From: Schizochytrium sp. TIO01
Taxonomy: Eukaryota > Protista > Bigyra: Labyrinthulomycetes
NCBI GenBank assembly: GCA_004764695.1
Contig: SMSO01000032.1
Span: forward strand, 2,852,001 to 2,916,000
Direction of reading: 5' to 3'
Length of the DNA: 64,000 bases
Within the stretch, counting starts at the first letter, position 1. Every line of letters starts with the position of its first letter. A program made the translations under genes and the position numbers. The notes under the pieces were generated by a model. The model ran no database searches, was not told the origin of the DNA, and saw only the letters and a program-made list of their open reading frames with translations. Positions 1 through 13,841 of this stretch are shown piece after piece.

Positions 1-272
1 TTATCAACGAGGTCTCTTACATGTGTAATAAAAAGAAGGGGCTAAAGAGGATTTGTCGAGAAATGTTTGTAATAAGTTACTTCTCGAGGATTGATGGAGT
101 GATGGATTGATCGATCGATCATTGCAATTCTTTCTGCTTCCGGCGAAGAGGCGACAGACTCACTTCACTTCGAAGACCTCGAAAGCATCTGCAAAGCAGC
201 GCTTTCTGCTTTCCTCGAAGTCTACTTTCCAAACTGATATGAACGAGTGACCTGTACATCAGTAAAATGCTT

Positions 273-328
273 GAATGAGTGAATGAGTGAATGAATGAAT
301 GAGTGAATGAATGAATGAATGAATGAAT
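273..328. repeat. (GAAT/GAGT)n tetranucleotide microsatellite
   Basis: Tandem gaat units with occasional gagt, read directly; (GAAC)n and (GAAT)n runs follow to ~390. Confidence 0.9.
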
Positions 329-1608
329 CCATCGACCAAATCAACGAGTCAATGAACGCACGAACGAACGAACGAATGAATGAATGAATGGAGGAATGGA
401 GGAATGAGTTAGTCTATCAAAGCCGCGTGCCGCAAGGTGCGTTTCAAGCAGGAAAGCGGCCCTTCGGACGCGTAGACAGCGGGCAGTCCGAGGTCGCACC
501 GGCATTGGCAGGATACGAGGAGCCGCAGTCTGATGTAGGGTGAACAATAAATGAGTTAAGTCCGTGTGCAAATCCGGTGGCGTGGGTTTCTTTCATTTCT
601 GTTTAAGTGTTTTTAAAGTGGATAAATAAAATACATGAAAATAGATTAAACTGATTTACACTGTAAAGTATTTCTTTTCTCTCTTATGAAACCAAAAAGG
701 AAACTAAAACTAATGAACGATAAATAACTCGAAACAGCAAATTCAGCCCGTCCCATTCAATATTACTTGCATTCCGTTGTTGGGTACCGTGCAGCAAGTA
801 ACCAATAAAGTAAACTATCCACGGTAAAAGCAAACTATACATTATTTATTCGCTCATTCATGCATTTAGTTTAGTTCACTTCTGAGGTCATGTGTTTGCT
901 GGTTTGTACGGCAAACAGAGTCCTTGGTAGGCAGGGCTAGTGAGGTCCTAGGCAGCGAGACGTTCTTCGATCTATCTATCTATCTATCTATGCACATCTA
1001 AATGAACGTGCGTAAAGATAATAGATAGATAGATAGAAAGATATACATACTCAGGAACCTAATCTGTACCTGAATGAATGTAACCAACGTTGTGCGTCGT
1101 AGGTCGTGGTGATCGAATCATCGGAGCGAGCATTGCGTTGCGTTCGCGAGGGATTGAGTCAGGGTCGAAGCTTGAGCAAATCCACGCCGATTCTTGAGGG
1201 CTCAAGCCAAGATCTCCGCCAATCTAATCTCCACATCGACGACGAGTGCACACCCTATTCTCAATCAATCAATCAATCAATCAATAAGGAGTCTGCAAAT
1301 TGGCCTCGCATCTCATCTTCGTCTCATCCCATCTCATCTCATGACTTCCTTAGGCTCTCAGGTTCTGCGGCGAAGCTCTCTTTGATTGTTTGCTCGGCTC
1401 GTCTGCGTAAAAGGAAGAGGCAGCTCTTAGAGACCACGACGAGCAGCGAACGAACTCGCTGCGAGGTCATTGATTGACTCAACTAACTCGCAGGGCGGTG
1501 GCTCCCGTCAGCCTCAAGAAACCGCCCGCGAGGATCGATGGGGGAGAGAGATCTTTTTTCCATGATTCGCTTCGCGTGGCGTCTTCAGCTCAGCTTCTTC
1601 CACGCTAA

Positions 1609-1696
1609 AGCTCAGGATCAAGCTCAGGATCGAGCTCGAGCTCAGGCTCAAGCTCGAGCCTGAAATCTTGAACTCGAACTTGAGCTTGAACTTGAA
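1609..1696. repeat. Degenerate 6-bp tandem repeat (ctcaag/ctcgag/ctcagg/cttgaa)
   Basis: aagctcaggatcaagctcaggatcgagctcgagctcaggctcaagctcgag...aactcgaacttgagcttgaacttgaag shows period 6. Confidence 0.7.
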
Positions 1697-4600
1697 GATC
1701 GCCTCTGCTTTTTATTGTGGCGCATTTCTTGGTGTGCATTTCCGCTTTGAAGGAGGGCTGATTACTTACTGCCTCTCTAGAGAGTTTTGATAAGTTATAA
1801 GTTTGTAGTCACTTTGATTTAATTAAAAAGAAGGAAAAAAGAGTGATAACAGGGGAAAATTTGTGAAACAGCTCGAATGCAAATTTAACAAGCAAACGAA
1901 GCATCGAAGAGACAGAAGGACAAAAGGGCACAAGGACAGCCGTGAACCACGGGTCGTCGTGTGATCGACGTCCGTGCTCAGAGCCATCAGCGGTTTTATT
2001 ACCTTTTCCTTCATCGGTTTGCATCTTCATTCAGAGTAAGAAAGTAAGAAAGTAAGAATGAATGAATGAATGAATGAATGAATGAAGGAAAAAGGCCACG
2101 ACGTAGCAGTAGGACTGGTACTAGCGCCTCGCTAGGCACATCAGTAGGTGGCTACTAGCGCCTAGCACTCGTCGGAGGATACGACTTCCTCGCAGAAAAA
2201 GGGAAGCTTTTTCGATCTGCCTTAAGTTCTAATTGAAATTGCGATTCACTCACAGGTTTCGAGGCAGTCATGGTCTTCAGAAAAGCTAGCTGCTAGTTCT
2301 TCAAGCGTGCGTGCGTGCGAGCTTGCATTTCGACGCTTATTATCATATCGTGCAGACTGCGGAGAGCAGAGCACCGTGCTCGGGCAGTCAGTCCCTCGCG
2401 TCGAATTGTAATAGGAAAGTCAGCGACAGGTATGAAAGTTGAGCTGGTGCCAAAAGAAAGGAGCACTTTTTATAACAACCAGATTGATTGAATTTAATTT
2501 ATGGGCCTTTTCTTATTTATTTTCTTTTTAAATGTTAAAAAGAAAGAAAGGTTATAATGATTATGAAGAAAAACACATTTAGGGAACATGTAGGTAGGTA
2601 GTTGTGTGTCGTTTAGATGAATGAAAAGAAATGTAATAAACTCAGAAGCGCAGGTGGTGTGGTGGTTTTCGATGTAGCACAAGCGAACTACCAACTCTGC
2701 TGCGCTACTGTAAGAAAGCACTTGCTGGCCAGGAACAATAATTAGCAGCCATTGGCATTGCGATGGCTTTGAATGGATCACTCAGGGTGACAAGCGGGAA
2801 CTTTAAAAGCGGCGGATGACGATGGTGGGCCGCTGGTGACGATGATGATCTTCGACCTTTCAGTCACGGTGGTTAGGCAGGTATTCATTTGCTTGGTCTT
2901 GTAAATGGATAGCGAGTAGCGACAGAAATACCAGTCCAAGCCAGGGACTCTGAAAATTGCCTGCACTCCAACTTAGCTTGCTCGTAGTACCTAGTGCCAG
3001 AATAGGAGAAGCTGCGATAGTAAGTAGGCTTGGTCTCGTAGATTTTATTTAGATCGTGATGACGACAGCCGTCCAATCCCAGGTTGATGCCTTACAGAGC
3101 GCATTAGAATTTAAAATAAAATAAAATAGAAATGTGACCCGAGTAGAGTCGTGGATCTGGTAATCGATGAGAAGATGGGAAAAAAAGAGTACGTCCCACT
3201 AATAAAGACTTAAATTTTATAATGGCTACCACAGATGGGTTCTTTGAAAAGATCTTGAACGATAAAATGCTAGTCGGTAGGTAGGTACCTCTTTTACAAA
3301 GTTTAGTTTTTAATTTTAATTTTACGCGACAGAAAGGAGGAAGGGAGTATGACCCTAGTAGCCAGTGGGGGGTTGTAATGAACACACGAAAAGATCGGTG
3401 TCGATGCAGAACTGGAGGCTGTCTATTCGACCCATAAATAAATTCAGCTGGCCCAAGGACGTATGTACTTTTTCTTACTCAAGTTGGACAAGCTTAAGGT
3501 AAAGAACTGGTTAAAAATGCGACATTTGAGGTCCGAAGATTAAACGCGCCATGCTTTCTCTTCGCCTTTCCGAGGGGTGAGAACTTACTGTTCACAGTCA
3601 ACTTTGCAGTATCAATTACTAGATCTCCTGTATTACTTAATAATGTTATACCGCGTACTTGTGAGTTACACGGAAGAAGATTAAAGCACACTGTTCGTTC
3701 TTTTCGAACAATGAGGTTACATGGGAAGTATTCCATGATGGTGTGTCTTCGAAGCATTCTATGATTTATGATCATGCTTCTCTATTAGACTGATACACCA
3801 TTTCTGGTGCATTCATTCGAATCATCAGATACAAAGGCAAGAAATTTCATTATCGTGAACTGTTGGATAATTCTGTCTTTATAGCTTTGCGGGAAACGAG
3901 TATTAAAACCGCCTTGAAGCGCCCAAATACGAATTTAAAAACGTGAACGTGAACGTAAAATTCAATTGGTCCCTATCGGTAAATTTCCAATCAACTTGAA
4001 CATCATACAACGCAAGAATACCTATTTAGACTTAAATCTAACACGGTTTCCCCATGCAGAGTCACTCATCATCACATCATAAACTTCACGTTGCAAAGGA
4101 CCTGTCAGTCCCCTTCGTCATGAGTCTGCAAGAACCCATTTACTCTAGATTTTGACTTGATGCTTTTGTTGTGCAAGCAAGCAAGAGTCTCCATTAATTA
4201 TGAAAAAGTGTCCCAACGTTCAAAGGCTTCTACGTAAGCTCTCCCCCTTTAAGGTTAAAATAAAATAAATAAAATAAAGAAAAACCCTTGAGAGAAAAAA
4301 ATAAAAATAAAATCTTTGGGCCATGGCCTGCTGCATAAAGAACTTAAAAAAGATTAATGGAGCTGTGATCACCACAGAAACCACATCAAGGAAGCAGTGA
4401 TCTGAGCTCTGCATCTTTCATCTTGAAGCCAACGAGTCAAGCCACGCCAATTCTTGACAACTGGACAACCCCAGGCGCCATTTCTAGGCTCTCTACCCAC
4501 GTGCACCCAGATAGATGGCCTTCCTTTGCACCTGCCGTAAACCGATTTAAACCTGTGAACAAGAAGATCGAGTCTTACAAAACAAAATATCCCAGTATTA

Positions 4601-4905
4601 CCTAGCTAGGCGGGCACCTTCACAAACACCAGCAGTCGGCTCCTCGTAATCAACTCGGCACTAACTGTCGCTAGCGATCTCTATTCCGTGCAGTTACCCA
4701 GAACTTCCCCGATCGATGTAGAAGTAAAACACTCCACCTGTACCTTCGAAAGAGGAGTGTCAATAAAAGCATCAGAATGGATCTCTGGAGACCACCAAAA
4801 GTCAGCGCTGGCTGCCAGAGACGTCACGCTAAGAGTCTCCTACGCAAACTAGGACACCCCTTGGCCACGGATGCGGTAGGCCTCATATCCTATTGAACTG
4901 GAGTA

Positions 4906-4974
4906 AATGCAATGCAATGCAATGCAATGCAATGCAATGCAATGCAATGCAATGCAATGCAATGCAATGCAATG
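4906..4974. repeat. (AATGC)n pentanucleotide microsatellite
   Basis: About 13 perfect aatgc units; source of the spurious MQCNA and CIALH ORFs. Confidence 0.95.
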
Positions 4975-7969
4975 GACGCAGTCGCGAGGAAAGCCGCGCG
5001 AGCTGACTGAGGTCGCGGCGAACAGCAGCCGTCGCAGGTGCCTCCGCTGGAGAGCGAGCGGGTGTCTGAGTTCTCTGAGAAGGCAGCGCTGGCTGGCAGG
5101 CAGGCAGAAAGGCAGGCTGGCTGGAAGAGGCTGCGACTTTCGCGGAAGCGCGATGGACGAAGGGCCGCGGCTCTCACTGAGAGGCAGATTGATTGTAGCA
5201 CGCACTGCTTTTTTGCAGAGGCAGGCAGGAAAAAGATCTGCGCTCCTTTTATCCTCATTTTCCGCATTTCAATCACAGTTTCGTTGTTTTACAGCGCACT
5301 CTCATTCATCCATCCATCCCTCCCTTGTCGAAGGAAAAGAAGAAGAAGGAAAAAGACACCAAAGAAGGATCCATTCGATTTTACTCTCTAGAGAGTATTC
5401 GTCATTTGTTTTAATTTTAATTAAAACCTAATTCTGCTCTGTTTTTATTTTATGTAAGCTGTGCAAGGTAATGTAAGTAATGCATGTTATTAAGAATAAA
5501 TAAATATGTTTTTTAAATATGTATTCTAATTATATCGAACAAAATAAAGTGAAATGAAGACGATCGTTCATAATTTTCATTCCCTCAAAAAAGAGAGGGC
5601 GAACTCCGTTTCTTTCTTCAGGAAAGCAAAAGAGAGAAAGAAGAAACCAACGAATGAATGAACGAATGAATGAATGAATAGAGTGGAAAAGGAGGGTCTA
5701 AATCCCGCGCTTCCAGGCCGCTCCTGCCTGGCCACCAGCGCAATCCACGCAAGGCGCGAGGACCTGCAGACCGGCCGCCCTTCCGGCGCAAGAAGGCGCT
5801 TTCCTCGCGCGGCGCCGAGGAGATTTGGGGCTGCGGCTGCGAGCGCGAAGCTTTTGCGGCTGCTAATTTCTGGCGCCAGGCGATCTTCTCCTTTTGCTTG
5901 CTTACGCTTATTGTTGCCCGACTGAGGTGATTAATTATTAGAGAGAATTTTAATTCCCCTTTTTCATTTTTACATTTTAAGTTTACATTTTACATTTTGG
6001 ATAAAGATGTGTTGTTGTAGGTTTTGGTGTTTATGCTGGTTACGTTGGAAGGCCAAGTGTTTTTAAAGGAGCAACACGCAGCGAACTGAAGAGGAAGGGA
6101 AGTTCTGCAAAAACTGAATCTCGAGACAGAATTTCGAAAGCATCAGGCACTGCAATCGTGCTACCTTTGCCTTTCCTTTCCTTTTCTGTTATCTGTTTTT
6201 TGCTCTTGGCTCTTTGCTTTTTGAGTCAATAAATCAATCAATCAATCAATAAATCAATAAATAAAAGGTTGGAACAGATCTTTCTTCTTTCTGTATATAG
6301 GTAGCACAAGAAGAGTGTCGGCATTACAAAAATGCGAATCGATCAATAAATCAATCAATCAAACGAAGCATCGCAAACTTGAGGTAAGCGCAGCGCCATT
6401 CTTTGGGTGGTTTCGAGCCTTTCGTGCCTTCACTCAGTGCGTGTGTGTTCTGAGTTGATTGCGGCAACAGCAGCTCTGGCAGGCTGGCTGGCAGGCTGAT
6501 CCCTTTTCCGTCGTGAATCACGATCGTCGCTCCAAATCGCAGTTGCCAGCTCCACAGATATTCAATTCATTATCATATCAGATCAATCAATAGATCGATC
6601 AAATAGATATATAGATTGGTCGATAGATTGATAGGTCTACAGAGGTATAACGAGCGCAATTTGAAGCGAAGAAGACAGACATTTGCAGTGAATTGATCGC
6701 AATTCGCACGTGCTCGAAGAAATCCATGCTGCTGCTGGGAACGAAGCCGGGCTTGCCTGCCTGCCTGGCAACCAGTGTAGCAGCTGAAGCCCGCTGATCG
6801 TCGGCATGCCTCGAGGTCTCCTCCATCGCGAACGTTGTTGGATGACTGACTGACTGAGTGATGAGCAGGAAATGGAACTATCACCGGGTATCACCAAAGT
6901 CCGCATCGAAAGCGTGCTCCCCAAGCTCTGATACAAGCCCACTATGGGCCCCGCCGATGATAGGACAAGAACGTCATCAGCCACACACATGTCTAGGACC
7001 TCCTACGCCAAACCCCTACCCCTTTCCAGCGTCGCCCAGTTAGGCTATACGGTAGAACGTCCTAACACGCGCTATGTGCTGTAGAAGTCGCCGGTAAGAG
7101 TAGCGGGACGCGGGACAGAGTGAATGAGATAGAAGAAGAGACAGACAGACTCGGAAGGGCGGCGTTTGCTTTCTCTTGGCGCCGAAGCCGGGGCTTCGAG
7201 AGGCCATCGAGGCTTAAGCGAGGCCCCCGGAGGCCTCGAGGGACTCGCAGGCGGCCTTGGGGGCTTTCCATCCACGCGAGGGCCTCTTCGTGAGCGTGTG
7301 TGAGTGATTGAGAGAGAAGTTGTGCTTGTTGCTTTATTTGTTTATTTTTTTTTCTATGGCTTTGAATTAAGAATAAAATAAGAAAGTAGGATGAAATAAA
7401 AATACTACAAAATAGAAATAAATAAATAAATAAAATAAAGTTGAAGGAGAAGTAAGTATGCTTCCCTTTCCTCTCCGTTTCGCGAGCGAAGATCTCCTTC
7501 TACCGGTTCAAGCTCTATCGGTAAAGGCTTCCCTTCTGCCTCTCACCCATACGAGACGCCCTGATCCCATCCTTCTTCAAGTTTTTCATTCTTCAAAACC
7601 ATCAAACAACAAAATGATCGCTTCTAATTTCATTCATTCATTCATTCATCCTTTTTTTTTTTCTTTTTTTTTCTTTTTTTAAAGTAAAAGTATTTTTTCT
7701 AATTTTGAAAAAAGCAATCGATAAAACAGTCTTTTTAAAATAAAAGATTCAACATTTAAAAATAAATGTATATATCTATATTCAAAGAAAAATCGTAATC
7801 CATAAAAGGAACCTCACTAAACAAACAAAAGTCAGGCTGATGGATAATATATGGGAGGGACAGATCGCAGCTTTCTCTTAGGGCAGTATGGGCCGTGGCC
7901 CAACCGCTAGGAATAATATGGAGGCGGCCGCCTCTCTTTCTCGCGCAGGCGCCGCGCTTTCACAGAGCA

Positions 7970-8012
<43 letters not shown>

Positions 8013-9480
8013 AGCCACCTCTTGCAGCGAGGGAGCCGCGAGCGGCGTCTGAAGTGGCGCCGCAGGAGGCGGAGGAGGGCGTATCCGCGCCCTTCCTCGC
8101 TCTCTCCGCCGCGCGTGGGGAAAGAAAGAGAGAAAGAGAGAGAGAGAAAGGCGCGAATAAGCAGAGGCGTATTTTAATGCCGCAGTTGTGTACAGAAATG
8201 CGCAGACGCAGCTGTTGAAGGGGAGTGAATTTAGGACAGGGAGATGGTGGATCTTATAAGATAATTTGCCTGCCTGCTTGCTTGCTGGTCTGCTGGTCCG
8301 CTGGTTTGTTGGTGGCTTGCAATGGACAAATGGTCGGTCGAGCTTGGAAAACGCTGTGCACGTACGTTCGTGGAACTGCTATTGGCCTTGTCGGGCTGGT
8401 TTTGCTTTGGAGTTGCGAAGTTTGGCGAAAAGGTGCTGCTTCTGAATGGAGAGAAAAAGCCCTGCCTTTCAGTAGGGGGTGCTAGCGTTTCGGGTAGCGG
8501 GGAGGCGGGAGCGGATAAGTGTATCTTTCGCGGCTTCATGGCTCCGAATGCTCACTCGTACGTTCGCAAATGCCGCAGAAGCATCGGCCGAGGCCCAGAT
8601 AAGACGCAGCCGCACTGCCGTGACCCTGCATTGAGGGACTTAGAACGATCTGTTTGCCCATCGCGGCCAATGCTCTGCAGGCTCTGCAGCCAACCTAGAG
8701 GATCGCGGCGATCAGAGCAGGTGCCGCGAGACGAAGGAGTTAAGAACTGGGGGAACCATCTAGGAACCGCTGCAGAACCGTATCTCGACGCAGAAGTTCG
8801 ATAGGTTGGACATTGAGGACCTGGAGATCTTGAGGATAGATGCGCAAGCGAAGGCCAAAACCTGCAGAAGAAGAGAAACAAGCAGCAGCAGCAATTGGCT
8901 AGTTAGTTAGTTCGTCAGTCAGCGAGTGGGCAGCGCGTGATAGCTTTGTCGGTATGATCCTCGAATGTCTCGGCCAGAGTCGCAGCGAAGATCAACCAAG
9001 AACCTCTGGCTGCGTCTGTTTGCTTGTGTGTCGTGTCGCTGAGCGTCACTTGCGGCACCTTAGTTTCGGTTGAAAGAAAGTAGTTTTTCTTGGCGCTTGA
9101 GGCTGAGACAGGAGAGCATTCTGAGGCCTCGAAGAATCAAATCCGTGGCTTGGCAAGGTCGCATCGCATCACATCGCATCCCATCCCATCGCAGCGCAGC
9201 GCAGCGCACGGTTTCGAGCGAGCAGTGCAGCTGGCGCACCGTTTTGGATAAATGAACATCTGTCTGCAGATGAACGCAGTACCTGGCGACCATGATTTAA
9301 AAGGCAAGCACGTGAAAGACCATCGTAGTGCAGATTTAAATTATGATGGGCTTCGGATCCAATTGCCCAAAGTTGAAATCTCGTTCACAGAAACTCACTC
9401 ACTCGAGAAAAACTCACTCGCCGGGCCTGAGAACTTGAATGCCGTCGATGGCGAGCAGACCAGCGAGCAAGCGCATTCAC

Positions 9481-9536
9481 GAACGAACGAACGAACGAAC
9501 GAACGAACGAACGAACGAACGAACGAACGAACGAAC
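9481..9536. repeat. (GAAC)n microsatellite
   Basis: About 14 perfect gaac units. Confidence 0.95.
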
Positions 9537-11593
9537 GGGCAGCTAACTAGCTGCATGCTGCTGCATGAAGACTTGGCATACGCTGCGAGCAGGAACTTGG
9601 GCGGCGATGTCACGCAGATCCTGTTAGAGATGGCGAACTCCGCTACAGCCATTTCTGGCCATTTCTCGCAGCGGCATACGCGCATAGTCTCCACCTAATG
9701 GAAACCTCGCGTTCTTCTTCTTATTGTGGTTGCTGTCCTCCCTCACGATTCCGTTTGGACAACCCGTATGATATGTAGTACCTAGAAGATTGAAGGCGGA
9801 GCAAATCTTTATAGTTGAGGCAAGTAATATCCTTCTGACGATTGGAAAGCTAAGTAGAAATAACAACTATGGAGATGGTGATATATGGGATAAATAGCTA
9901 TCGATAGATAGCTAGCTACATCATAGGCAGCTAGCTGCCAAGGCTGAATAAGAAGAGTTGGGATTATCGAGACGACATATCTCCAAGGTCGTGAGGTTTC
10001 TCCTGGGGATCAGCGCATTACAGCTGCCTGCGTGCCTCCTGAAGCCGGCGTGGCGCGAGTTCGGACGGCCTGTGCACAGAAGCTGCGAGTATCATAGTTT
10101 GTCTCGAGATGGTTATTTCTCGAGTCGCGGCCTGCGTATTACATTCATGGCTTCGCACTTTCTGCATCAAGCGGGCTTAGTTTTTAACATTATTATTATT
10201 ATTATTATTATTATTGTTATTATAGACTAACACGTTTTTATTTTAAAAATCAATGATACTTGGAAATCATTATTCATGAAATAGTAGATCATGAAAGTGA
10301 ATGAATGAATGAATGAATGAGTGAGTGAGTGAGAAATAAATAAAGATTGGTTAGTTATTCTCAGGCGATCTTCATTCTTTCATACATACATACGTACCTG
10401 AGGAAGAAACTAACCCGAGGATGGTCAAGATTGAGAGACGCAGGCCGTGCGGCTCTGAGGATAGTTGCTGGAACCCTCGGGGCGGCGGAGAAGCCGCGAG
10501 CCACGGGATCAGTCAGCAGCGTTTAAACACGCATTCCTGCGCTGATTTATCAGATTGAATGCGCCGCTGCGCTAGTTTGGTGAAGTTAGGGGTGAGTGAG
10601 GGGGCGTTCTCTCTAACGGGAGAGAACGCCGCAGGAAGAAGGAGGGGTTAGTTTACTAGCAGAGAACACGAAGCGCCACCTCCTAGCAGTGCCTACGCGG
10701 AGGCTAGTGGCCGCGATAGATGAGATAAGTAATGGTTTTCATTTTCAATTTATTTTTATTTTTAATTGAAATCGACGTCGAGAGCAGAGAAGAGAAAAGA
10801 CTTCCAATGTCTCCAAAGAAGATTTTTTTTGCTATTGCAATGGAAACTCCCGAGTGCCGCCTTGTGTGAAGGCCTCTTCGAAACGTCGCGGGCTCTTGTT
10901 GTGCGATGGGCTCAAAAGGCGCAGCGAACGCCGAGTTTGCAGTCGGTAAAGTCGGTGACCTTCAAGAAACTTGGAATCAACAGCCGTCGGCCTGAAAGGA
11001 TCTGTTTCTGATCTCAAACTCAAGGTTTTTACTTTCTTACTTTCTTTCTTTCTTTTATGGATCCATCCATTGTTTCCCTGTGCATCCTTTAAAGATAATG
11101 TGTTTGTTTGCTTAAAGAAGAGAAAAAATACTCTGTTTGCGCTTTAAAGTAAGTAAGTGAGTTAGGAACTTCTTGCATCTATGTAGTATCCCTCTCTGTG
11201 TATCTGTGTATCGGTCTGACCAGGATGAAATAAAAAGGAAAGCAGGAAGAGAATGGAAAAAGAGGCAGCGGGACTCGCGGAAGAAAGGCGCAAAGAGAGG
11301 GTAGAAGTCCTGCTGAAGCGAGAGAGGGGACAGCTGCGCGCGGGTCATTCCCGCCTGCCCCCCTTCCAATTCAAAAACTGAGCTGCAAGCCGCCCTAAGA
11401 CCCCTTCCGGCGAAAGATGCCACAGGATAAAGCAGGCGCCGCCCAGCCGGAGGGGGGCATCGAGAGAATGGGACCAGAAACGGGGGGCACTGAGGAAGTG
11501 GGCGCGGCTGAACGGGGCGAAACGATGTTGATAGTGAATGGTCGAAGAATGTATGTTGTAACAACAATATCTATCTATGTATGGATATGTGTT

Positions 11594-11625
<32 letters not shown>

Positions 11626-11947
11626 TGTATTCTGTATGTATTATGTATGCATGTGTTAAATTATAGCATGATACGAAGTATGCGCCCAAGAAGGGAAGAA
11701 CTGGAAACGAGGGCGCCGCTGGGCTTAAGCTGGTGCCTCGCAGAGTCGTTGCGGTGTCGGCATTGCGGCCGAAGCCTGCCTTTGAAGGCCTTCCGCAGCG
11801 CTGCGAATGAGGCCGCGACGATTTTGTTGGACCAGGTTTCTTGCGTTTTGAACGGCACGGAGCCCAAATGTTTGATCTAAGCTCTCTGCTTTTCGCCTGA
11901 AAAGGGAAGTTGTTTCATAGTAATATATAGGTAAGGAGGGCTCAAAT

Positions 11948-12259
<312 letters not shown>

Positions 12260-13646
12260 ATGAAAGGAGGCGAAAGAGAGCAGAAATCGAGACAAAGGGA
12301 AGAAGCAGGAACCTCGAAGAAACAGAAAGCTTCAGAAGCGATGGAGAGAAAGCCTTCGCAGAGAGGACCGCTCTCTCGCAGATAGATGGATGGATGGATG
12401 GATAGATAGATAGATACACACGCGCTCCGTCAGTCAGTGCCGCTCACGCAATCGCTGATCTGGAGGAGGTGGCGGCGCGATTTAAAGGCGCCGAGCACAG
12501 GAGAAGAAGAAGAAGAAGAAGAAGAAGAAGTTGGCGCATACGCAGGGTTCGAAGAAAGGGTTTTCTTTTCTGTGAGGGTCCTTGTTGTACCTAAGTTTGA
12601 CTTAAAACAGAAAGGTTCTTTCAAGAAGAAAGAAAGAAAGCAAAAAAGAAAGCAAGAAAGAAAGAAAGAAAGAAAGAAAGCCTGCGTGAGTACGTACAAT
12701 AAGAGGGGAAGAGAAAGAGAGTCATAAAAGAGAGAAAGATTGATTGATTGATTGATTGATGATTATTGTTGCTGTTAAGTTTGTAATGAAGAGGAAATCC
12801 TCGAAATGGCCCTTGGATGAAAAGAAAGGAAGAGGGACTTTCTTTCAAGTGTGATGAAAATGGGAAAATAATAATGAGAAATGCGGATGGAAACTTACAT
12901 ACTTTCTTACTTTCTTTCTTTTCTTCTTTCTTCTTGAAGGGATCGGGACGAAAGAAAGCGAAGAGGCTTGCTTGTACCTAGGTAATACAAAGCGCGCCTG
13001 GTCAATCGATCTGATGGGTAGATCTCGATCTCTTATTGGTATCGCTCTGGCTAACACGGAGCTCGAGCCGAGTTTTTGCAGCCCGAGCAACGAAACGAGG
13101 GACGAAAGGGCAAAGGGGAAGAAAGATTTCTTGCAGCCATTTCCATTCGTTTGTTCTCGCGCCAAAGCAGAAAGTTGTAAAAGAGTGAGTTAAAAAAACG
13201 TTTCTATTAAAAACGTTTTTTAAAGGTGCTTGCTTGGATTTATTTTCAATTAAAAAAAAAGAAAGAGGTTTTGAAGAGTTGTACAAGTACAAGAAAGAAG
13301 ATAGAGAAGGTGAGTAAGTAACTTACATAATGGTAAGGAAAGCAAACTATGTCATTTCCTTTCATCGCATTTCATGGAATTAGTCAGAGGGAAAAAGGCC
13401 TGAGTGGTGAGAGGGCCAAAAAGGCAAAAAGCAGAGGGACTGACGCAGGAGAAGGAAGCGCTGAGAGGGACAGAGAGGGAGCAGAGCCCTCAGAGCGTAG
13501 ACAGTCCTTGCTTTGAGAGGGAGATATTGACAAAAATAAAAGTTATTATTATTTTTAAGTATTAAAAAACACTTAGTTTCCAAAAAGCAGGGAAAGAAAG
13601 ATAGAAAGAGAAAAGAGAAAAGAATTGAGTTTGAGCGGCTGCGCAG

Positions 13647-13724
13647 AAGAAAGAGAAAGAAAGAGAGAAAGAAAGAGAGAAAGAAAGAGAGAAAGAAAGA
13701 GAGAGAGAGAGAGAGAAAGAGAAA
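13647..13724. repeat. Polypurine (GA/GAAA) tract upstream of PEPCK
   Basis: Pure A/G tract with repeated agaaagagagaa-like units, ending ~120 bp before the PEPCK ATG. Confidence 0.75.
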
Positions 13725-13841
13725 GCACGAAGCGCAGTTCGATCGAGGAGCAGCAAACCCTCAACCTCGTGCGCAGGCTGAGCAATAAGCCAACCTGCAG
13801 ACCGGTACTTTGACAGTAGCCGCATACCCAGCTATAGCAAG

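Noticed and set aside
4849-5431. ORFs with MQCNA or CIALH repeats
   Set aside because: Translations of the (AATGC)n microsatellite.
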